Of a stretch of 64,000 nt of DNA, positions 52,812-64,000 are shown piece by piece (within the stretch, counting starts at the first letter, position 1; each line of letters begins with the position of its first letter). The DNA is from the human T2T-CHM13v2.0 reference genome, Homo sapiens: assembly GCF_009914755.1 (NCBI RefSeq), contig NC_060934.1; one strand, given 5' to 3'. Below the pieces are notes generated by a model that saw only the letters and a program-made list of their open reading frames with translations, did not search any database and was not told the DNA's origin. Position numbers and translations under genes: made by a program.

Positions 52812-53070
52812 AATATTGTATAGTGGCTGAAAACCTAGATTCTAGAATCAGAGTTCCAGTCCTGGATCTGCCCCTCACTAGCTGTCTTACCCTGAGAATA
52901 CAGTCTGACCGCTCTGAATTTCAATTACTTCATCTGTAGGAAATGGAAAATAACAGTATCCTGCTAATAGGATTGCTGTTTAGGTTACATACAATAATGC
53001 ATGTAAAAAGCTTAGCATAGCACTTGGCATCTAGTAAGTACTCAGTAAATGTTACATATTATTATTATTA
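52812..53070 (+). mobile_element. MIR
   Basis: Ends agcttagcatagcacttggcatctagtaagtactcagtaaatgtta. Confidence 0.85.
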
Positions 53071-53159
53071 GTGTTTTACTATCCCTTTAATATCCACAAT
53101 TTGGAGAGAAACTTGGTCATGCCTTGTCGCTTATTTCACCATGTGACCTCTGTGACAAC

Positions 53160-53720
53160 TTCATTTATTCATTCATTAACTCTTTCACTTACCATGTGCA
53201 ATGCACTCTAGTAGTTGCTATAGGTAAGACAAGAATCTAACATGATATCTGCCTTGCAGAAGCAGGGCTATACAACATGTACATCAATAAGTATAATAAA
53301 ACATTGGGAGACATAGGTCCCAAAAAGGCGGCACAAGCACCGTGCTTGGACATTTCAAAGAGAGGAAGTGAGCATAGGGGATATAGGGATGAATAAGAAA
53401 CCGGACCTGTTCTCAAGGAGCTTGATCCAGTGGGAAATAGACATTTACCCAGCTGTTATTCAAAGTAGAAAATAAAGAGGGTCACAAAAGTTAAAGTTAA
53501 AGAACTAAAGAGGGAGAAACTAAATATCTCAGATCAGAGAAGGCTTTATAGATGAAGTGACATTTGAGTTGGCTTTGAGGGACGCATAAGATCAGGAACG
53601 TTGGAGACCTGTGGGAAGGATGCCTTAGACAGTAGGAAGATTAAGAGTGAAGAAGGCACAGATGATTCTGAAAACCCTGGGAACAGTTGTTGAACAGTTA
53701 TTAATAGCACTTAATTTGAC
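53160..53720 (-). mobile_element. L2 fragments
   Basis: ttcatttattcattcatt; tcagagaaggctttatagatgaagtgacatttgagttgg. Confidence 0.65.
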
Positions 53721-53922
53721 TAAAAAATAGAGCTTGTGCAGAATAAAGGATGTGATTAGATGAGTATGTAGGGAATGTCATTTTGGACTCAAGCCTCTTT
53801 TGACCCAAGACATGGTCAGCACACGTTTTAAGAGTTAATGTCTTTAAAGAACTTTCTAGTTAGTACCCACTACTTTTTATTGTCTTACTCTAGAGGATAA
53901 GTCAGTCTTCCTACCTATTACA

Positions 53923-54143
53923 GGCAATATAGCATAAAGTTAAGCATACAAGCTCAGAAAATGGACTGCATTGGTCCAAATTCCTGGTTATGCCACCTAT
54001 TAGGTCTACAACTTTATTTATGTCACTTGAACTCTTAGACCTTCAGTTTCATCATCTGTAAAATGGAAACAGTCAGTGTCTCATCGGGTAGGTATTGACA
54101 TCAGGCATATAGTAAGTGCTTAATAAATGTTAGCTATTATTAC
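53923..54143 (+). mobile_element. MIR
   Basis: cttcagtttcatcatctgtaaaatgg...tagtaagtgcttaataaatgttagctattatt. Confidence 0.85.
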
Positions 54144-56861
54144 TGTGTTACCCACCTGTGCCTTGAAGCGACTTAGTTTACAAGTTCTGCTTTGGAACTA
54201 CTGAAAAGGTTTTTGAGAAAGGATGTAACATCTTTTTAATCTTGAGTCCTTGAATGTTCTACTAAACCCCACTTAAATTGTAGTGACTCGTCCAAGGACA
54301 TCAGATAATTCTGTTAAGCCCTCACCTGCTGGAATATGGTTTCTAGTGATGGGTCTCAGTGTGATTTACAGAAGTGAATCCCTCACTCGCCATTGGAGAG
54401 GGCCAGTGGAAGAACAAGTAGCCAGCTTTACCCATTGATGTTTTCCAAACGTGCAGTGATTCATGTAGCAGGAGTTTCCCAGGATTGATCCTGAGCTCAA
54501 ATGAACACCTCATTTTCAGAACAAATTATTAGGAGTTTTAAGAACTATACCTTGAAAATCTTCATGATTCTAGAAGCTTCTCTGGTAACATTTTTTTCTG
54601 TTTGTAATAGCTGAAAAATAGAAAGCATTTAATATAGAATTTTTGCCCCTAAAACAGCAACTTGAAAATAAGAGTACAACAGTTTTAAAAACACTAGACT
54701 GAACAAAAGCAGTCTTTTTAAAAGTGCTGTGGGCCTAATACACAGGGACTGCTAATTACGTAACTGTCAGTGATGTTTTCTGGCAGAGCCTAACACCAGC
54801 TTCTTGCAGTACAACGAATATGAAAATGCCTAGAAGTAAATCACAGTTGCTGAGTGCTGTGGGCAAACAAACCCAGGCCTTATCTCTTTGAAAGGCAGCA
54901 ATGGAAAATACATGATAAATTGCACAGCTCAGTGAACATGTTATGTCATTGTGAAATGATTTTGATTCATGGTTATGTAGTTATCACGAAACAACTGCCA
55001 AACCCCAGGGTATCAGAAACATTATCATTTGTGGGGTTTTGCTATTTTCTGTTGTAAAATTCAAGTGCTATAAAGAGATGTTTGGGTTTTTTTGTATATA
55101 AAATTCTGTATTGAAAGTGATATTTGCCACATACTCTTTGGAAATAATATTTTAAATTATGTGAATTTCTTCCAGAAGTATCAAAGAGCTGTGCTAGTAA
55201 CTAATATTTTAAACAGAATGAATAATTCATATTTTTGCTAATATCCTTTTATGAAAATTATTTTACCTAAAATAGACTAAGTTGTAAGTCAATTTGATTT
55301 TTTAAAATAGAAGTATAATCTCCTTTTATATAGCTTATCAATATACAGAAATTTCTGAATGTTTTCTATACAATAGCAGTAGAACTAAGAATGAAAGAGT
55401 AATTTTTTAAAGGAAGATTTTATAGAAGTAGCTTTTATGCAGGCATAATTTCCTTTCCACGTTTGAGATATTCTACTCCACTGTCCTTATTTGTTGCTAA
55501 GTCTCTGAAGTTTAAAGTGTTAATTAGACCATATTCCACCTGAAGTTTAGTTATTTTTTGTTAATTTTTTTCTCCGTTGATGCTGTTGATGATTTGATGT
55601 TTTAAAATATTTTCTGCTTGTGTTAAAAGTGGCAGAAAGATAGCCTGGCAAAAAGATCAAATTGATGTACTACTGAATCATTTGTCGTTTTTCTCAATCT
55701 CCTAAACCAAGACCCACTGTTTCTCAACTTTTTTGTATAAACATACAATTCTACTGTTCTAATTTTTGCAGTCGAGTTTTTTTTTTTAACATGCCTTTGG
55801 ATATGCTGAATAGTATCAGTTAATACACTGAGAGTTTAAAAAGAAAAAACAAAGAAAAGCTTGCCCGTTGGTAGAAATGATTGATTGTTTCTTAGGTATG
55901 GTTTTTCCAATATATCACTATCGTTTAAACCTTGAGTTTATTTTATGTTCTGTTAGTATATTTTAATCAATTGACCTTTACATATTGTTTGCATTTATTA
56001 AATTAAAATAACTTTTAGTAGCCTGTAAATATGATTTGAAACATTTCATAGTATTTTTCTTTTAGCTTTGGAATAAGACAAACCTATTCTCTAAATATTT
56101 ACATCACTGGAGAATATCTATGTACTTATGCTGATTTTTACTTAACATTTTCAAAAATAAGTCTGTTAAATTAAATGTAAGCTTTAAAGTGTAAAACCAT
56201 AGATCATGTAACTTGATACAAGTATTGCAACATGGCTTACAGCATTTTCTTGGAACATTTTTATGCCCTTTGCTTCCACCACCATCGCCACTTTCACCTT
56301 TATATTGAATGCTCCCAAAATGTATCTATATGAGGATAATTTTAAAACATGAGATTTATGTTGCTATAAAGGAGAAATCCTTTATAACCACATAAAACCA
56401 TTGTCACCAGAAATTTCAGTCCAAGTTTTACAAGAAAGCAGGCATATTTTATCTTTAATGCCTCATTAAACTTTCTAGAAACGACAGTATTCTAGAATAT
56501 TCTAGGTGAATGACTGCATATGTCTGTATTTCTTCTGAAAAGTTTAAATATCATCAGTGAAAAAAACCTGAACAAATCATTTGTTCTAATAATTAAAGCC
56601 GTGGTACTTATTCTTCTATTTAATTTTGCCTTTCCTCAGAAATGTTGCTTTGATATATCAACCATGTCTCTTCTATAGCTCTTTAAATGATGGCCAAAAC
56701 TAACATTCCTAGGCTAAACTGATAGCCTCACTATTCCAAAGATCACATTGTGTTTAATTCCAAATTTCATATGTGGATTTGTGTACACGTGTGTACTTGT
56801 GCATATGTTTATGTGTACATGTGTGGAGGTGCATGTTTGCATATGCACACATGTCATAAGC

Positions 56862-57098
56862 CTGCATTGTGTGATTAAGAATGTGAACTCAGGAGGCAGC
56901 CTGCCTGAGCTTAAATGCTAGCCCAACTACTGCTAACTAGCTATATGAATCTGAGCAAGCTTTGTTAACCTCTTGCTTCAGTGTTCTCATGTTACAGAGT
57001 TGTTGTGGGTTTAAATAAGTCAATATATGTCATGCACTTTGAACACCTAACCCATAGTAACAACTTAATAAAATACTAGCTATTACTATTATTATTAT
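56862..57098 (+). mobile_element. MIR
   Basis: gtgattaagaatgtgaactcaggaggcagcctgcctgag...tagctattact. Confidence 0.75.
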
Positions 57099-57205
57099 TA
57101 TATATTTATTTACTCTATGTTATTTCTAAAGTTATCTATACAAGTGCATTGATGGGTGATTAGTAAGTAGGTATTTCACTAAAACAATATTAAAGATATG
57201 CCAAC

Positions 57206-57609
57206 CTGATCTCACATTTACATGTGGATTCTTAAAAAAAGTCAAAGACATAGAAACAGAGAATAGAACAATATTCACCAGGGACAGGGAGGGGGAGGAT
57301 ATGAGGAGATGTAGGTCAAAGGGTACAAACTTGCACTTATGTAGGATGAATAAGTCTATAGATCTAATGTAAGCAGGAGGACTGTAGTTAATACTGTTGT
57401 ATTGTATACTGAAAATGTGCTAAGAGAGTGTATTTTAGGTGCTCTTTCCACGAAAAAATAGGTAGCTGTATCAGGTGATGAATATGTTACTTCGATTGAC
57501 TGTAGTAATTATTTCACTATGTATATGTATATGTATCTGTGTATGTATATGTATATGTATATCAAAACATCATGTTGTACACCCTATAGACAGTAAAAAT
57601 AAGAAAATT
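57206..57609 (+). mobile_element. L1MA7/8-like 3' end
   Basis: gatgtaggtcaaagggtacaaacttgca...gtaggatgaataagtct; 13-bp TSD aagatatgccaac at 57193-57205 and 57610-57622. Confidence 0.9.
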
Positions 57610-57952
57610 AAGATATGCCAACAGAATATTTTGAATTGTGATCACTTAATTAGATAAACTATGCTATGTTATACATCATTGGTGAGAGGAAACAATTGGG
57701 AAAAAGGAACAAAAGTTGCATAACTTTGTGGCTCACAAGCTGCTCGTCAAATATAGTGAAATTTGTTGATTTATTCAAGTGTAGGCCAAGTGCACATCCA
57801 TAGTGTGCAAGGAGCTAGTGTTAAAATAACACATGGTGTGTCCTGAACAACTAGGAATGTACAGCACAGCTACCTAAAGGATAGATAAGGTGAAAATTAA
57901 AATAGCAATGCTATGTCAATTTTGCAAACTTAAAGTGGGTTTTCTTTTTCAG

Positions 57953-58067
57953 GGGGCACCCAAGCCAATTGCCATTGAACCATGTGCTGGGAACAGAGCT
58001 GCTGTTCTGACTGTGTTTCTTTGTCTACCACGAGGATCATCAGGTGCCCCTCCCCCTGGGCAGTCAG
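57953..58067 (+). CDS. Candidate 115-nt coding exon of an unidentified host gene (GAPKPIAIEPCAGNRAAVLTVFLCLPRGSSGAPPPGQS)
   Basis: Acceptor gttttctttttcAG|G; donor CAG|GTATGA; GC-richer than its flanks; open in only one frame; not recognisably repeat-derived. Confidence 0.5.
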
Positions 58068-59335
58068 GTATGATAAATGAGGAGCCTTCAGCAGTTAAGC
58101 AAAACTTGTAGACTGAACAGAAGAAATAAACAATACCACTAAATAGCGCAGTAAGGACCTTTGCAAGGTTCTAATTTAGAGCATGGTAAAATTTTATGAG
58201 AATACAAACTTTTACCCAACTATCTAGATACCTGCATTGTTATAAAGGTAGATTTCCCAGTGTTTCTCCGAAAAACACATGTTGAATATGTGTTTATTTG
58301 TGTATTATACACACATGTATGTATGTTCCCATTAATTGCTGGAATTACAATGAGAAATCTCATTAGAAGGGCCACCATGTTCTAGACCCTTCCAGCCAGC
58401 TTCCTTTCTTCCAGTATGTGTGGCATGTTGGAAACCAAATTATAAATATGATTAGAAATTTGCTTTGTGAATGTGGAACCAAACTAGGGAACGTGTATGT
58501 TTGGAACGTTGAGTGGCATCAGAGGATGATAGCTTCACGCAACCATCTCAGTAGGTTTAAGATATGCCATTGCTTTCAGCACCAGCTGGAGTTCATGGAC
58601 CAGGGAAACCCTCTGTCTTAGGTGGGCACAGCCAGCCTTTGTTCTGATTCTCCTTTTCCTGTAGGAAAAGCATGTTTTTGATTTCAGGATAATTATACCT
58701 GTCCTCTTAGAGCTCTGCTCATTGCGATGGTGTTGTCCACATTCTAAGCATGCTCAATGTTGAATATAAATCATACTTAAATTACAGACCACACTTTTTT
58801 CTCTCTTTTTGCATATACTATTCCATCTTTATAATTTTGAATTTTTCTGTCTCCTGATTATTTTATCTATCCAACCACTACTGGAATGAATGCTTTTTGA
58901 GGGCAAGGGTGATTTCAAATCTGTTTTTCTCTTCAATTCCCCTTAAGCATAAAATAAAATGCCAGCAAGCTGGCAAGTTCTCAATAACAGTAATTGATGA
59001 TGAACCGGCCTCCTTGCTTATTTTATCTTTTCTTACTTCCCTACTTGGCTTTGAATTTGCTCCTCACTTTCTTGACTTGTGTCCAACCAGACACAAAAAA
59101 TGGAAAATGTACTACTTTATGCCTTGTAAACGTTAGGTATTCATGTAACAGAATTTTTCCCATATATGGGAGCAGAGAGTTTCCATCACCTTCAGATTCA
59201 TCATTCATGGTACCTGATGATATCTTATTGCAGAAATTTCTATCCAAAGTTCATTTATGGATGTTTATTCAAAGAAATAAACATTTTCTGCACCTTTTCA
59301 TACATTGAGTGAATGTCTTGTTCTTTTCCTTTCAG

Positions 59336-59345
59336 CACCTCCAAG
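59336..59345 (+). other. Candidate 10-nt microexon
   Basis: tcttgttcttttcctttcAG | CACCTCCAAG | GTAAAT. Confidence 0.25.
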
Positions 59346-59654
59346 GTAAATGGGATGCAATAAGTAAAATAGTTTGGCACTGGTCAGATAAGATGGATAA
59401 TTATAGGTACTTGCACAGCTAATGGAAGTATTGTTTTAAAACTGGGATGATTTCCAAAACAAACACTTCACTAATGAAAACAAGTCTGTGTGATATACAC
59501 CAAGGTTTTTCTCGATCCTTCACGAGATGGGCAGACTGAAGGCAACTGCCAATTCTCTGTCCCTTTAACCTTTGAAGTCCTTTTTGACTGATATGAAAGA
59601 GACAAGTAGCAGTGTGAACCATTACCTCAGCTGTGTTTTCTAACAACTGCATTA

Positions 59655-59810
59655 TGATTACTAATGTTAATGTTATCTTAGATATGCATAGTACTTTACT
59701 CTTTCTAAAATGTTTTTTCTGTTTTTCACATGTGATCCTCATGACAGGGTTGTGAGATAGGTATTATAAAACTAACATCATAAATGAGGGGAGTGAGACG
59801 TAGAAAGCAC
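59655..59810 (-). mobile_element. MIR
   Basis: tgatcctcatgacagggttgtgagataggtattat. Confidence 0.6.
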
Positions 59811-60189
59811 TGTATATCTACACTCAAGGAATAATTGGGGAGAGGGGATACTAGAGTATAGAGCAAAAGAATAAAAAATACTTACTGCTAGCATTCCAGG
59901 TAATTGTTCCTGATGATTTGTAGCAGAAAGCCTCTCTAAAATCAACAGCCCATGTCTTTACAAAAGCAAGCATTTGGATGAATACTGAAAATGTCTACAG
60001 GGTTGATAGAGCTAGACAAAAGATTGAAATAGCTTACCATACTTTTTACAGAGCCTGAGGATGAAACTATGATGAGTATCTGCGTACATAATTCAGAATG
60101 AGCTTGTTCTTTGTTTTCTAAAAACAATCTAGTAGATTTTTCAAGCTCTTAGAGGAGTAAGACAGTGGTTCTACTCTTTAAATTGCAGC

Positions 60190-60375
60190 ATTATCTGTTA
60201 TCTGCATCAATTTGGAAGATGGGTAAGAGGGGTAGATGGACTGATATGTCATAAAGCAAGTAAAGTAAAATGTTAATGGTAGGATCTAGGTGCTAGGAAT
60301 ACTGATATTCATTATAAAATTCTTTTAACTTTGATATATGTTTAAATATTTAATAATGAAATGTTGGGAAACAAT
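60190..60375 (+). mobile_element. Old L1 (L1MC/ME-type) 3' end
   Basis: aaagcaagtaaagtaaaatgttaatggtaggatctaggtg...aatgaaatgttgggaaa. Confidence 0.6.
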
Positions 60376-61152
60376 AAAACAAAATGTCTTGATTTCACTG
60401 CAAGAAAAAAGGCAGTATCTGTAGAGAAAAATTTTTCCAATATCATCATCTAGGTTTTCCCAGAACAAGGCAAATACTGACACCAATATATGAACTAAGT
60501 GACTATTTTTTTCAGTGCTCGTCCAAATATTTAGTGTATGCACAGCCAATTAAAACTTCACATATTTGAGAGGAAATATATTCCAGTGATTATTTGGGAA
60601 CCATATTGGCTCTTGGGAACCAAATGCTGACACTGGTTATCTCATTGCTGAAGTTTGGTTTATTCTGTGTCTTCACAGAAAGTCCTTATATATGCCTGTG
60701 CTTATCCCAGTGCCCTACACATAGAAATCAGTTAATAAATTATTTTGATAATGATGATGACAATGATAGGAGACTTGGGAAATGTGACCTTTAGCAACCA
60801 CTTGAATCTGTTAGCTTCAGCTAATTTCAGTAAAATGAGCAACAGAGTTCAAATTCATTTACCCTTTCCCAGATTCCTCTCCTAGAAGCCCTCTATGTTC
60901 TCTTGAGCCTCCTCCACTATTTGTGCAGGGTGACAGGTTGGGGGAGTTGAGGAGGAGGTAGAGGTGGAGCTTTGTTGGCAGACTCCTGACCCCAACCCCA
61001 CTGTGTGAAGGACAGGGTGCCAGGGGTCTTCTCTTGGCTATTGGGCTATTTATTTCTCCAAATGTTAGTGTATCTGTTCAGTTATTAAATTAGCGTTCAT
61101 TATTAAGAGTCTTCTTATAGATTAAAAGTCTTATAGTACTTTGCATAATCTC

Positions 61153-61243
61153 AAATTTTTTTGTCAGGCTCCTTGTTTGAAATGTAGCTTACTAAAATTT
61201 TTTTTTTTATCAGGCTCCTTGTTTGAAATGTAACTTACTAAAT
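61153..61243 (+). repeat. About 45-bp tandem duplication
   Basis: tcaggctccttgtttgaaatgta(g/a)cttactaaa occurs twice, each copy after a T-run. Confidence 0.92.
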
Positions 61244-62544
61244 GTCAGTGTCATGTGTACTCTCCATTGGCATGAATAAGAGCATTTAAGAAGGATGAGC
61301 TTGAGGATCTGCAAAGGCAGAAGCATCCTATGAGCATGGTGGATTTCTCTCACACAGTGAATTTCAACCCTGAAAATGAGTGACAGAAATGCACAGGAGC
61401 TAGTTTGGCCATCTCTTTTCAGGAGCAGCTAGTGATTTTTTTTTTTAATTTAAAAAATAGCATTATCTTTGGACTTGATTTTCTTTCCACCAGCAACTGC
61501 TTCAGCAATATGTGGCAAGTAATGCTTAGACATGGCCATTTTAGTTTCTTTCTGAAATGTGTGAACTCCCTTCCTTATGGATCTTGTCTTAACCAGAGGT
61601 CAAAAGAAAAACTGTGCCAACTCATCCCTTAGATTACCCATGCACTAATCTCTTTTTAATATAATAAATTTAGGTGCTTGGGAGAAATTCTCCCTTTAGG
61701 GGGCTTAGAATAGTAAGGCAAAAGATATTAAGTAGGCTTTTTGGCATTCCTAGAGCTGGGCTAATTAGGTTTCCTGCTTCCCCGCCCAGTAAACCTGCTG
61801 CTTCATTTCTGTATTTTCTGTGAGCAGCCACTGCAATCCGTGCCAGACTCTTCGGTTAAGGTGGGATTTATGCTGTTGTTTATGCATATGTTCACTGTGC
61901 AGCCACTTTGTCTTCTGACCTCAAAGTGGTTGAAAGATTGACATCTCCATGAAAACAGGACACATTAAGTAACTCTCCTACATGACACTTAACAACCAAG
62001 CATGTCTCCAGTCACCCCGGACAGCATGGTCCCCAAGCGTTTTAGAGGCACATTAAGATGAAATGTGGACAAAGTAAATAGAGCTCTTCAGATGCATAAA
62101 TTGAAAATGATAATGATTGCTGTCACTTTGTGATGGAAGATTATGGATTTCATAATTTGTGGATTCTTCCTAATGAGAAGCAGATTAACTTTTCTCACTG
62201 AATCAAAAATCCCAATGGCCCAAATATCCACTGCTGAAAAGAAGCTATGTGCTACAACTGGAAGTAGAATTTTGCCATGATCCTGCCTCATATATGATTG
62301 ACTATACCATTACCAAAAGAATACTGCTAGAAAGTCTAAGGTTTTGAAATTCTGAAGTTTTCTACGTTAGCCTTAGAAGTTTGGGCAGAATGATTAGATT
62401 ATTTTGAATAATCTAGAAATATTACATAATGTTTAAAATGATAGTTTACTCACGGTGTCATGGATGTCTTTCTTGTTTATAATGATAACAATAAGATAAC
62501 TTTGGTTTAATTTAATGAAAAGAGGAAAGGGAAAGAGGACCAGG

Positions 62545-62755
62545 CATTATATTAAGCGCTTTATGTATTCATTGGTGTGACCCTCTTAATGATTCTGTGG
62601 AGATGATTATCCCACTTTTACTATTTAGAAAACCAAAACTCTAGAGAGATTAAATGACTTTCCCAGGGTAAATGCAGCTAGTGAGTGAGTGAGCCAGAAT
62701 TCAAACCCAGGGCCACTGGCTCCTCAGCCAGTGTGACTCTCCCTCATCACTGTGT
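62545..62755 (-). mobile_element. MIR
   Basis: agagagattaaatgactttcccaggg...gagccagaattcaaacccagg. Confidence 0.8.
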
Positions 62756-63014
62756 CCCTGTGGATAAAGATACTGGGGCATAGCCCTTATTCCTAAAAAA
62801 GCTTTAAATCCAAAGTCAAGGAGGAAGGACCTAGAGGGTCTCTGCTGAGCAGTGGGCTTATTGTAGTAAGGACAATTTTATCTTTGCCGGTGACTTCAGA
62901 AATTTGGTAAAATGCAAATCTGTGCATGCCGTGGCGCATCTGCTCATGAAACTATGACTCGGTGTATGTAATAGGAAGAAGCCCGTGAACTCATAGGAAA
63001 AGAAATTAAACTTG

Positions 63015-63180
63015 TATGTCTGAGCTCTGGACTTGGAATCACAAGCCCTAAGATCTAGACCTAGCTCTGCCACTGACTAGCAATGTGACCATGGGCAAGT
63101 CTTTCAGTCTCTGGGTCTTCTATTTTCCCATGTGAAAAATGATGGGGTCGGGTTAGATTCCTAGGATGCGTTTCACTCTA
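63015..63180 (+). mobile_element. MIR3/MIR
   Basis: ctagctctgccactgactagcaatgtgaccatgggcaagtc. Confidence 0.8.
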
Positions 63181-63429
63181 ACCCCACTGCACAGTTTAAT
63201 ACTACAAATTATGCTAAGTCATGACAGTTTGGGGTGGGGAGAGCAAATAACTTGCTTCTGAGTGGTACCTTGATTTATCTTTTCAGTTGCTCAGAGCCAT
63301 TGGGAAACTTAATTTTCATATGTATTATTAGTGACTAAAAATAATTAGCATTGCTCCTTACATTTAAAAAAATCTTAAAACTGTGTTAATGAAATCTTCC
63401 TAGCATGTTTGAAAGATGTAGATGGTTTA

Positions 63430-63570
63430 TAGTGCCCCTATTTTAGAATTGAGTAAAAGGAATCTAATACTACCAGTGAGAGGTACATTTCCCATAATCT
63501 CAGAGATGGATTGGAAATGGACTCCGGGTCTGCTGGCTCACAGTGTAGTACTTTCTCCTCTGAACACAGT
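63430..63570 (-). mobile_element. MIR fragment
   Basis: cccctattttagaattgagtaaa...ggactccgggtctgctggctcacagt. Confidence 0.5.
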
Positions 63571-64000
63571 TTTTTAAAGCAAATTTCCAGTTTCTAGCAG
63601 CCTCTGAAATTTCTATTCCTTCACACTTTGTTTTTCTTTTATAATTCTGCCACCATATCTTCACACTTGTAGAAACACATCTGTTGATATAATCTTAGCA
63701 CTTTCTTTGTTAGAGGTGGCTAGAATAAGAAATAGAACTACTGAATTATATCAAAACTTCATTATAAAAATCTGGCATGTTAGTTACCCTTTAACCTCAA
63801 ATACAAATATTGTTTATAGGCAGCGTATGTGTCTTCACAAAGAAGAAAGAAAAAGTGGCATTCATGGTAAAATAAACTAGAAAATTAGGCAGAGAGCCCA
63901 GGAAACAACAGAGATAAGAACAAATATCTGAGATTCTTGTTAATAAATATGACTCCGTGTCAAAAAATATCTGATATTAAAAGACTTTAAAATCAACAGA

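Noticed and set aside
56780-56855. Alternating purine-pyrimidine tract as a Z-DNA element
   Set aside because: A decayed (TG/CA/TA) microsatellite with many interruptions
58418-59742. ORFs of 67-107 aa near the candidate exon
   Set aside because: No recognisable domain; composition is typical of random intronic ORFs

Overview
AT-rich, CpG-depleted primate (human-like) genomic DNA, most likely a long intron or intergenic stretch. No complete protein-coding gene, rRNA, tRNA, CpG island or CRISPR array is visible. Much of the window is recognisable transposon debris: six Alus, a 4.2-kb L1PA7/8-like element with a 5' inversion, older L1M elements, MaLR/ERVL/ERV1 solo LTRs, many MIR and L2 fragments, CR1/L3 remnants, probable RTE-clade remnants, MER45 and MADE2. 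The supplied ORF track is mostly spurious, or broken L1 ORF2 or Alu translations. The best non-repeat signals are a strong candidate + strand exon (57953-58067, possibly also used as a terminal exon), two microexon-like splice-site pairs and a near-consensus CTCF site. The most unusual structures are an ancient L1 3' transduction with a perfect 16-bp TSD, a circularly permuted local duplication, a probable retroposed 3'UTR-like fragment, and a tail-less, TSD-less Alu. I found no support for a wholly new biological system. Repeat subfamily names come from recalled consensus motifs, and boundaries of old repeats are approximate.
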